Source: Myxococcota bacterium
GTDB taxonomy: Bacteria; Myxococcota_A; UBA9160; UBA4427
Length of the DNA stretch: 31,949 nucleotides
Reading direction: 5' to 3'
NCBI GenBank assembly: GCA_036336835.1
Contig: JAYZFK010000089.1
Span: 1-31,949, forward strand
A program made the translations under genes and the position numbers. Every line of letters begins with the position of its first letter. The stretch's first letter is position 1. Under the pieces are notes generated by a model that was not told the origin of the DNA, did not search any database, and was given only the letters and a program-made list of their open reading frames with translations. Positions 24,691 to 31,949 of the stretch are shown piece after piece.

Positions 24691-25674
24691 ATGGATCAGA
24701 ATCCCTACCGAGCTCGGCGCACGCTGGTGACCGGGGGCGCCGGCTTCCTGGGCTCCCACCTGTGCGAGCGGCTGATCGACGACGGCCACGAGGTCCTGTG
24801 TGTCGACAACTTCTACACCGGCAGCAAGCGCAACGCGTCCGGACTGCTGGAGCATCCACGCTTCGAGCTGCTCCGTCACGACGTGACCTTCCCGTTGTTC
24901 GTCGAGGTCGACGAGATCTTCAATCTCGCCTGCCCCGCCTCGCCGATCCACTACCAGCGCAACCCGGTGCAGACCACCAAGACGAGCGTCCACGGCGCCA
25001 TCAACATGCTCGGCTTGGCCAAGCGGGTTGGTGCGCGAATCTTCCAGGCTTCGACCAGCGAGGTCTACGGGGATCCGAGCGTCCACCCCCAGCCGGAGGA
25101 TTACTGGGGGCACGTCAATCCGGTCGGGATCCGCTCGTGCTACGACGAAGGCAAGCGCTGCGCCGAGACCCTGTTCTTCGACTACCACCGGCAGTTCGGC
25201 ACCCGGATCAAGGTCGCACGGATCTTCAACACGTACGGCCCGAGGATGGACGCTGGCGACGGCCGCGTGGTGAGCAACTTCATCGTCCAGGCGCTCACGC
25301 GGCAGCCGATCACGCTCTACGGCGACGGCTCGCAGACGCGCGCCTTCTGCTACGTCGACGACCTGATCGAGGGCTTCATCGCGATGATGAACGCTCCGGA
25401 CGCGGTCACGGGGCCGGTGAATCTCGGCAACCCCCACGAATTCACGATGAGCCAGCTCGCGGCACTCGTGATCGATCTGACCGGCTCCGCGTCCGAGATC
25501 GTGCACCAGCCGCTGCCGAGTGACGACCCGCGGCAGCGCTGCCCGGACATCGGCTACGCGCGGGAGACACTCGGCTGGCAGCCGCGGGTCGAGCTCGCGG
25601 AGGGGCTGAAGCACACGATCGCCTACTTCGACGAGCTGTTGTCGGACGGGCAGCTTCCCTCCTCGGGCGACTGA
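24691..25674 (+). CDS. UDP-glucuronic acid decarboxylase (UDP-xylose synthase)
   Basis: [65 protein letters not shown] and [10 protein letters not shown]. Confidence 0.95.
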   Translation: MDQNPYRARRTLVTGGAGFLGSHLCERLIDDGHEVLCVDNFYTGSKRNASGLLEHPRFELLRHDVTFPLFVEVDEIFNLACPASPIHYQRNPVQTTKTSVHGAINMLGLAKRVGARIFQASTSEVYGDPSVHPQPEDYWGHVNPVGIRSCYDEGKRCAETLFFDYHRQFGTRIKVARIFNTYGPRMDAGDGRVVSNFIVQALTRQPITLYGDGSQTRAFCYVDDLIEGFIAMMNAPDAVTGPVNLGNPHEFTMSQLAALVIDLTGSASEIVHQPLPSDDPRQRCPDIGYARETLGWQPRVELAEGLKHTIAYFDELLSDGQLPSSGD

Positions 25675-25683
25675 CACGCGGCC

Positions 25684-28158
25684 GTGACGAGGATCCTCGT
25701 CGCCCTGGCGCTCGGCTCGGGCTGCGCCGCCCTGATCTACGAAGCGATCTGGCTGCGCTGGTTCCGGCTGCTGTTCGGCAATACCGCCTACGCGGCGTCG
25801 GCGACGCTGTCTGCGTTCTTCGCGGGGATGGCATTAGGGGCCTGGCTCTTCGGACGCTATGCGGCGCGCGCTCGGCGCCCGCTCGTCGTGTATGCGGCGA
25901 TCGAAGCCGGTACGGCGCTGACGGCGCTCGTCGTGCCGCTCGCCGTCGCCGCCTACGAGCCGATTTACGCCTCGCTGTACGAGCGGCTGGCGGAGCAGCG
26001 GACGTTGTTCGTGACGATCAAGTTCGCGCTGGCCCTGGCCGCGGTGATCCCGACCGCGACGCTGCTCGGCGGGACGCTGCCGATGCTGGCGACCGCGCTG
26101 GTGGCCGACGGGCGGCGGATGGGACGGCGCACGGGCCTGCTGTATGCGGTCAACACGCTGGGCGCCGCACTCGGGAGCGCGGCGGGAAGCCTGTGGCTGC
26201 CGGACGCGCTGGGTGTGCGCGCGAGCTACGGCGTCGCGATCGGCCTCTCGCTGGGAATTGCGGCCCTGGCCGGCTGGCTGTCGCGCTCACTGCCCGCGCG
26301 GCAGCCCGACCGCGCTGGCGCGACGTCCGAGGCGCGGGCTCCGCGGCGCTGGATCGCCGTCGCCTTCCTCTCCGGCTTCGGCGTGCTGGGCTTCGAGGTG
26401 CTGCTGATCCAGACGATCGGCCTCGCGCTCGAGAGCTCGGTGTACTCGTTTGGCGCCGTGCTGATCGTCGTGCTGCTGACGCTCGCCGCGAGTGCGGCCC
26501 TCGTCTCCAGCCTGCCGGACCGACTGCCGCATGCGCGGCTGCTGGCCACGGCGCTGCTGGCCGAGGGGCTGCTGCTGCTGGCGCTCCCGGCCGCGATCGT
26601 GGCCTGGACGGGTGGGCTTGCAAGCCACGCCGCGGCGACCTTCGGCAATGGACTCCGACTCGCTGCGACGCTGGGTGGGCTGCCGCTGCTGATCGGCGGG
26701 CTGGTGCTGCCGCTGACCTTTCGCCTGGCCGAGGGCGGCGCAGTCGGTCCCCGGATCGGCGGGTTGCTGGCGGCCAACACGCTAGGCGGGATCGCGGGCT
26801 CGCTGTTCGCGAGCTTCCTGCTGCTCGATGGGCTGGGGCTCTGGCTCTCGCTGGGGGCGCTGGCGGCCCTGTACGCGGCCGCGGGGATCGCGCTCGCCGA
26901 GCCGGCGCGGCGGCGGCTGGCCGCGCTCGCGGCCGCTGGTCGGGTCGCGGCCACGATCGTCTCTAGCAGCGCGGATCCGCGCGCGCTCCCGATCGCACGC
27001 GTTCGCCGCGAGCAGCGGCTGGTCGCCGTCGAGGAGGGAGCGCACGGTGTGGTGGCCGTGGTCGACCTGGTCAATCGCCGGCTGGAGCGCGATCGCTGGC
27101 TTCGCGTGAACGGCCGCTACACGCTGTCGGGCGCGCTGGCGCGAGTCCACCAGGAACGGCTTGGTCACCTGCCGCTGCTAATCCACGGCCGCCCCCGCCA
27201 CGTGCTGTACGTCGGGACGGCGACCGGCGAAACGGCTTCAGCCGCGGTACTGCATCCGATCGAGCGGATGACCCTGGTCGAGCTGGTCCCCGAGGTGCAG
27301 GCGCTGGCAGCCGTGTACTTCGCCGAGCTGAATCGCGGAGTCTATGCCGACCCGCGCACCCGGGTCGTGGTCGAGGACGGCCGCAATCACATCCGCGCCG
27401 CCCCCGACCGCTACGACGTGATCGTGATGGACCTGTTCGTGCCGCAGCGGCCCGGGGTGGGCAGCATGTACAGCGTCGATAGCTTCACGGCGGCGCGCGA
27501 GCGCTTGACGCCCGGCGGCGTGCTCTGCGTCTGGCTCCCGCTCTACCAGCTCGACGACGAGCTGTTCCAGCTGCTGGCTGCGACCTTTCTGGAGGTCTTC
27601 CCCGACGCGATGTTGTGGCGGGGCGACTTCTTCACCCAGCTTCCGACCGCGGCGCTGATCGGAGTCGTCGGTGCGATCCCGGACGCCGAAAGGATCTCCT
27701 CCGCGGCGACCGCGCTGCGCGGGCGCGGAGTCGAGGATCCCTGGCTGGTGGATCCGCGTGGTCTGTGGATGCTCTATCAGGGGGCGCTTGGCGACGTGGC
27801 GACCTCGGGACGTGTCAACAGCGACGATGCGCCGGTCTTCGAGTACGCGGCCGCGCGGAGCACCCCCGGAGCGCGGGCGCGCTTCCGGCTGATCAGCTGG
27901 CCTCGCCTCGCCGATCAGCTGCTCGCCGGCGGGCGCGCGCGACAGCCCCGCCGCCCCGCTGGCTCGGCGGCAGCCAGCAGCGCGATGGCCCGCGCCCAGC
28001 AGCTGGTCGTCGGCCGCGAGCGGCCCCGCTGGGAGGAGGCCGCCGCCCTGCTGCGTCGTCACGTTCCTGAGGATTTACTCGAACAACCAGACCGCAACAT
28101 CGCGGAAGCCTGGCCGACTGTCCGCACGGACGCAGAAGCCAGCCGCAGCCGGCCCTAG
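25684..28158 (+). CDS. multi-pass membrane protein fused to a spermidine-synthase-like SAM-binding domain
   Basis: Duplicated TM halves (SGCAALIYE / [16 protein letters not shown] / LAANTLG), then [26 protein letters not shown] and YDVIVMD. Confidence 0.85.
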   Translation: MTRILVALALGSGCAALIYEAIWLRWFRLLFGNTAYAASATLSAFFAGMALGAWLFGRYAARARRPLVVYAAIEAGTALTALVVPLAVAAYEPIYASLYERLAEQRTLFVTIKFALALAAVIPTATLLGGTLPMLATALVADGRRMGRRTGLLYAVNTLGAALGSAAGSLWLPDALGVRASYGVAIGLSLGIAALAGWLSRSLPARQPDRAGATSEARAPRRWIAVAFLSGFGVLGFEVLLIQTIGLALESSVYSFGAVLIVVLLTLAASAALVSSLPDRLPHARLLATALLAEGLLLLALPAAIVAWTGGLASHAAATFGNGLRLAATLGGLPLLIGGLVLPLTFRLAEGGAVGPRIGGLLAANTLGGIAGSLFASFLLLDGLGLWLSLGALAALYAAAGIALAEPARRRLAALAAAGRVAATIVSSSADPRALPIARVRREQRLVAVEEGAHGVVAVVDLVNRRLERDRWLRVNGRYTLSGALARVHQERLGHLPLLIHGRPRHVLYVGTATGETASAAVLHPIERMTLVELVPEVQALAAVYFAELNRGVYADPRTRVVVEDGRNHIRAAPDRYDVIVMDLFVPQRPGVGSMYSVDSFTAARERLTPGGVLCVWLPLYQLDDELFQLLAATFLEVFPDAMLWRGDFFTQLPTAALIGVVGAIPDAERISSAATALRGRGVEDPWLVDPRGLWMLYQGALGDVATSGRVNSDDAPVFEYAAARSTPGARARFRLISWPRLADQLLAGGRARQPRRPAGSAAASSAMARAQQLVVGRERPRWEEAAALLRRHVPEDLLEQPDRNIAEAWPTVRTDAEASRSRP

Positions 28159-28847
28159 CGCAAGAGGTTGTACTTGAGGATGCAGATGATCGCTCGCAAG
28201 CCGTCGCGCCAGCCGATCTTCTTGCCCTCTTCGTAGGTGCGGCCGCTGTAGGAGATGCCGACCTCGTAGACCCGCCAGCGACCCTTGGAGATCTTGGCCG
28301 TGATCTCGGGCTCGACGCCAAAGCGCGGCTCCTCGATCTCGAACGAGGCCAGCACCTCGCGCCGGAATACCTTGTAGCAGGTCTCCATGTCCGTGAGGTT
28401 CAGGTTGGTGAACATGTTGGAGATCATGGTGAGCGCGCGGTTGCCGATCGAGTGCCAGAAGTAGAGCACGCGGTGGGCATCGGAGCCGACGAAACGCGAG
28501 CCGAACACGACGTCCGCTCTCCCGTCCAGGATCGGCTGCAGCAGCTTGGGATACTCCGCGGGATCGTACTCGAGGTCGGCGTCCTGGATGATCACCATCT
28601 CGCCGCAGGCCTCCGCGAAACCGCGTCGCAGTGCGGCTCCCTTGCCCTGGTTTCGATCCTGATAGAGGACACGCACGCCGGGCGTCCCCTCGAGACTCGA
28701 CAGCAGGTCGCGCGTACCGTCGGTCGAGCAGTCGTCGATCAGCACGATCTCCTTGTCGATCTCCACCGACTCCACTCGCTTCACGAGCTCGAGCAGCGTC
28801 GTCTTCTCGTTGTAGACGGGGATCACGACGGAGAGCCGGGGCATCAT
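28155..28847 (-). CDS. glycosyltransferase family 2 (polyprenol-phosphate sugar synthase/DPM1-like)
   Basis: [51 protein letters not shown] and [15 protein letters not shown]. Confidence 0.93.
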   Translation of the reverse strand: MMPRLSVVIPVYNEKTTLLELVKRVESVEIDKEIVLIDDCSTDGTRDLLSSLEGTPGVRVLYQDRNQGKGAALRRGFAEACGEMVIIQDADLEYDPAEYPKLLQPILDGRADVVFGSRFVGSDAHRVLYFWHSIGNRALTMISNMFTNLNLTDMETCYKVFRREVLASFEIEEPRFGVEPEITAKISKGRWRVYEVGISYSGRTYEEGKKIGWRDGLRAIICILKYNLLR

Positions 28848-28872
28848 CGTTCAGAACCTCGGATGGCGCGCA

Positions 28873-29157
28873 CTACTTCTTGAACAATGAGTCGAGGTCG
28901 CCCAGTGCCCGCGCGTGCTCCGAGCCGTCCCCGCCCGCGCGGCTGCCGGGCTGGAACCAATCGCAGCGATTTGCCCGGTCGCGGTCGGCGACGTACTCGG
29001 CACTCGATTCGCGGCAATCATTGTAGGCACTCGGATCGTAGTGGGCGCAGTTCACGCAGCTGTGCAGGTCCGCGTCGCAGCCCTCACAGACGTCCCGAAA
29101 GCCAATTCGCTCCCCGGGGGCTACCGCGATCTCGCAATTGCAGGCGGCGCAGTTCAT
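28873..29157 (-). CDS. small Cys-rich (putative zinc-binding) hypothetical protein
   Basis: 94 aa from ATG 29157 with CAAC, CEGC, CVNC and further Cys residues, ending DLDSLFKK. Ends 25 bp upstream of the GT2 gene. Confidence 0.75.
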   Translation of the reverse strand: MNCAACNCEIAVAPGERIGFRDVCEGCDADLHSCVNCAHYDPSAYNDCRESSAEYVADRDRANRCDWFQPGSRAGGDGSEHARALGDLDSLFKK

Positions 29158-29212
29158 GCACCGCAGCGTACCGCAGCGACTGCGGCATCGCGGCGGTGAT
29201 AGGCTCGCCCGC

Positions 29213-29845
29213 ATGCGCCCCACCCTCGCGGTCAGCGTCTTCGCCCGTGGCCTTGCCGGGAGCCTGCTGGTCGCCTGCACGGCGGCTGCGCAGGCGCGTG
29301 TGATCGATCTCAACGTGCTCGCCCTCGACTGGGCGCGCGGCCGCTATCTGTCGCCCGTGATCTGCCAGACCGGCGATGAGCTGACACGCGGCGGACGGCG
29401 TCTGCTGATCACGCCGGGACCGCGCCACGCCACGCCGCCGCTTGGCCGCATCCTGTTCAGCGACCTCGAGGTCCCCGGCGCCACGCGCTGCTTCGACGAG
29501 CTGGGCAGCGAGCAGCCGAACGTCGTGGGTCAGCTCGAGTTCCGTCATCTTGGCCGCTCGCGGCCCGATAGCGCCCAGCGCGACCTGAAGGCCGCGCTGC
29601 GGCGCGACAAGGGCTTCTCGTTCCGCGTGGCGAGCGGGAAGCTTCGGATCCAGGTCGTCGGCGCGCCCGAGGCGCGGACCGTGGACTTCCGCGGCGGGGA
29701 TGTCCGACTGCACGGGATCGCGCCCGGCAGCGACGATGCGCGCCTGCTGGGCGATCTGGTAGGCCTGCGCAAGCTGCTGCTCGAGCTCGAGGCGCCCGAC
29801 GGCACCCGCCTGCGCCTGCCCGTGGTGATGACCGAGCTTCGCTGA
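29213..29845 (+). CDS. hypothetical exported protein
   Basis: Signal-like N-terminus ending AAAQA, a Cys pair (PVIC...TRCF), GC3-rich codon use. Confidence 0.65.
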   Translation: MRPTLAVSVFARGLAGSLLVACTAAAQARVIDLNVLALDWARGRYLSPVICQTGDELTRGGRRLLITPGPRHATPPLGRILFSDLEVPGATRCFDELGSEQPNVVGQLEFRHLGRSRPDSAQRDLKAALRRDKGFSFRVASGKLRIQVVGAPEARTVDFRGGDVRLHGIAPGSDDARLLGDLVGLRKLLLELEAPDGTRLRLPVVMTELR

Positions 29846-29905
29846 ACCGGCGCTCCGCCCCTCTCCGGGTTCAGTTCGGCATCCGCCCATCCGATACGCG
29901 GGGGC

Positions 29906-30229
29906 GTGGACATTGGGCCCCCGATCTACTCCGTGCTGGACGACGACCCCGCAATGCGGCAGTGCGTCGAGACCTTCATCTTCGGCCTGGCCAGCCACAT
30001 CGACGACCTCCAGGAGGCCGAGCTCGGCGGCGACCTGCCCGAGGTGGAACGGCTGGCCAAGGACCTGGCGGCCGGGGCCCGCGGCGCTGGCTATCCCCAG
30101 CTGGTCGACGTGTCCGATTCCACGATTGCCGGCTGCCTGGCCGGCGAGACCGACGACGTCCGCAAGGGTATCGTCGAGCTCACCGAGCTGGCCCAGCGCG
30201 TCCGGCGCGGCTCCCGCGGCAGCGCCTAG
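29906..30229 (+). CDS. Hpt-like four-helix protein lacking the phosphoacceptor His
   Basis: PIYSVLDDDPAMRQCVETF...GDLPEVERLAKDLAAGARGAGYPQL matches Hpt layout, with K at the His position. Confidence 0.7.
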   Translation: MDIGPPIYSVLDDDPAMRQCVETFIFGLASHIDDLQEAELGGDLPEVERLAKDLAAGARGAGYPQLVDVSDSTIAGCLAGETDDVRKGIVELTELAQRVRRGSRGSA

Positions 30230-30245
30230 CACCCGGGTCCCCGGT

Positions 30246-30995
30246 CTACACGAAGAACCAGAGCGGCCCGGCGGCCCAGATCGCTACGAGCAGGATCGTC
30301 GCGTTGGCAGCGGCGTGGAGCAGGATCACCGCGCCGATGTGACCCCGCCGATAGAACCACCAGCTCGTAGCCATCACCCACGGAACGGCCACCCAGTACT
30401 CCCAGAATGCGTGGCCGAGCGTGAAGAAGAGCGTGACGATCCAGAAGCTGCGGGCCGTGTAGCGCGCGATCGGCACGTCTCGGAAGTCCCGGCGCGTGTC
30501 GAACACGTCGGCAAAGCGCATCACGAAGCTGCGGATGAAGAGCTCCTCGAAGATCGGCGTCACCATCACGTAGCCGAAGCCGCGCAGCGCCAGCGCGAGC
30601 GTTGCGAACTGGGCGCCCGCCTGCGCCGCGTCGAATCCATCCGACGTGTCGGGCCACGGAGTCCCTCCGAGCAGCGGCAGCCCGATGTGTCCGAGCGCCT
30701 CGCCGACCGCTGCCGGTGCAACCACGAAGGGCGCCATCCACAGCAGCCCGGAGACGATGCCGAGCGCGATGTCGAGCGGCGCACCCCGGGCGTAGGCGGC
30801 AAAGCCGCGCAGCTCCGGATACATCCCGCGCGTGTAGAAGAACACGATCAAGCCAGCCGGGATCAGCGGCCGGATTCCCAGCATCGAGAGCCACCAGCTG
30901 TCGGGAAACCGGTCGCTGAACTGCGCCAGCACGACGAACGCCGCGTATGGAGCGATGTACGGCCAGAATCCATAGCCGTAGCGATCGTCGTTCAC
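30246..30995 (-). CDS. CAAX prenyl protease-related (CPBP/Rce1-family) intramembrane protease
   Basis: Intact motifs EELFIR (EExxxR), FTLGH (FxxxH) and HAAAN (HxxxN). PYIAPYAAF N-terminus and multiple TM segments. Confidence 0.88.
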   Translation of the reverse strand: MNDDRYGYGFWPYIAPYAAFVVLAQFSDRFPDSWWLSMLGIRPLIPAGLIVFFYTRGMYPELRGFAAYARGAPLDIALGIVSGLLWMAPFVVAPAAVGEALGHIGLPLLGGTPWPDTSDGFDAAQAGAQFATLALALRGFGYVMVTPIFEELFIRSFVMRFADVFDTRRDFRDVPIARYTARSFWIVTLFFTLGHAFWEYWVAVPWVMATSWWFYRRGHIGAVILLHAAANATILLVAIWAAGPLWFFV

Positions 30996-31051
30996 GCGTC
31001 ACCCTCCGGCCGTGCAACGCGGCCCGGCCCGCCTCCGGTGCGTCCCCCGAC

Positions 31052-31128
31052 TGGCGCCCCCGGCACGACTCGAACGTGCGACACCCGGTTTAGGAAACCG
31101 GTGCTCTATCCACCTGAGCTACGGGGGC
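31052..31128 (-). tRNA. tRNA-Arg (anticodon CCT)
   Basis: 77 nt GCCCCCGTAGCTCAGGTGGATAGAGCACCGGTTTCCTAAACCGGGTGTCGCACGTTCGAGTCGTGCCGGGGGCGCCA. Full cloverleaf with encoded CCA. Confidence 0.97.
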
Positions 31129-31249
31129 GCGATTCGGCCAACCGTACCACCGGCGAGCGCGACTCGGGAGTCGCGGACGGAGCGTCGATCGCGCGCGCCC
31201 CCCTTCACTCGCCTGGAGGCACCGACCGCCGCCCTGGCTCAACGGCGGC

Positions 31250-31690
31250 TCAGGGGACGACCGCACGGCCGGCCCGCCGCTGGTAGTAGGTGTTCACGAA
31301 GTCGAAACGCAGATACCGCTCGATCACCTCGTAGCCCTGCTCGTGGAGGTAGGTCGAGACGTCGCGGCGCCGCCCCTCCGAGACGACGAGCTGTGGCTGG
31401 AAGCGCGCGAGATCGATGCCGCGCAGGGCGTTGAACTCATGGCCCTCGATGTCCAGGGCCAGAAGGTCGATCGTCTCGATCCCCTCTCGGGCGAGGAGAT
31501 CGTCGAGCGTCGTAGACGGCACCCGCGTCTCTTCGACATCCAGACTGCCGCCGAAGTGAGTTCCGTCGGCCCGGCTGCGGTCGGCCGAGGACAGGCCGAC
31601 ACTCTGAGATCGGTAGAAGGCCTCCTCGGTTCCGGAGTGGTCGGTCACGAGATAGCGGAAGAACCGGGCTCCGGGCCGCTCGCGCTTCCG
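31250..31690 (-). pseudogene. 5'-truncated FkbM-family methyltransferase
   Basis: C-terminal FkbM motifs TTLDDLL, IDLLALDIEGHEFNALRGIDL and QPQLVVSE. The frame continues upstream as KRERPGARFFRYLVTD, but no SAM-binding N-terminal motif or start codon is found before a divergent gene at 31822. Confidence 0.65.
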
Positions 31691-31821
31691 CGCTCCCGCA
31701 GGGTTGTAACACTGTTGCCAGACTGGACTCCAGCTGCGGCCGCGTGTGGTCGATTTCAGCGAGGCGGCGACCCGCGCCGGATCCGTGGGTGTGCACGCGT
31801 GAACGGGTAAGGAGAAAGCGT

Positions 31822-31949
31822 ATGCCCCGAGTCCTGTTGGCGCACGACGGCGAGCTCGGCGACGTGCGCGATCTGCTCGAGGAGATGGGTGTCGACTACC
31901 AGGAACACTGCGGCGATCTCCAGGCCGAAGATCAGCAGATCCTCTGGAA
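31822..31949 (+). CDS. hypothetical protein, 5' part only (runs off the window)
   Basis: TAAGGAGA RBS followed by ATG, reading MPRVLLAHDGELGDVRDLLEEMGVDYQEHCGDLQAEDQQILW..., open to the window end. Confidence 0.75.
   Translation, partial: MPRVLLAHDGELGDVRDLLEEMGVDYQEHCGDLQAEDQQILW

Noticed and set aside
29843..29874. Imperfect inverted repeat after the 29213-29845 gene
   Set aside because: Long loop, a mismatch and no U-tract. Too weak to call a terminator.
31052..31128. tRNA-Arg as attachment site of a genomic island covering the glycan locus
   Set aside because: No integrase, no convincing duplicate of the tRNA 3' end (only a 10-bp GC-rich match near 2092) and no obvious compositional shift.

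Overview
GC-rich bacterial chromosomal window. The gene content and the dif sequence suggest a Myxococcota/deltaproteobacterial-type genome (inference). Left part (1-10.4 kb): a Lys/Ala-repeat histone-like ORF, a DUF1080 protein, a well-formed XerCD dif site (2298-2325, suggesting the replication terminus), a YfgM-like gene and der, mutL-miaA, a degenerate NtrC-like regulator, a Nit1-like amidase and an FHA protein. From about 10.5 to 31 kb lies a cell-surface glycan locus resembling PEP-CTERM/exosortase-associated EPS loci: OPX export lipoprotein, priming glycosyltransferase with a sigma-54 promoter, ExeA-like ATPase, BY-kinase, polysaccharide co-polymerase, an exosortase-like protein apparently lacking its Cys/Arg/His triad, EpsI and an intact CAAX-type protease. 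Tailoring modules are interleaved: gmhB-gmhA, a carbamoyltransferase with SxtJ/SxtK-like partners, HAD-UbiA plus DprE1-like oxidase (no DprE2), UDP-glucuronate decarboxylase, a membrane-fused SpeE-like protein and a GT2. The right end has a His-less Hpt-like protein, tRNA-Arg(CCT), a 5'-truncated FkbM gene and the start of another CDS. No CRISPR array, integrase or transposase was seen. All family calls come from motif recognition by eye, not database searches.
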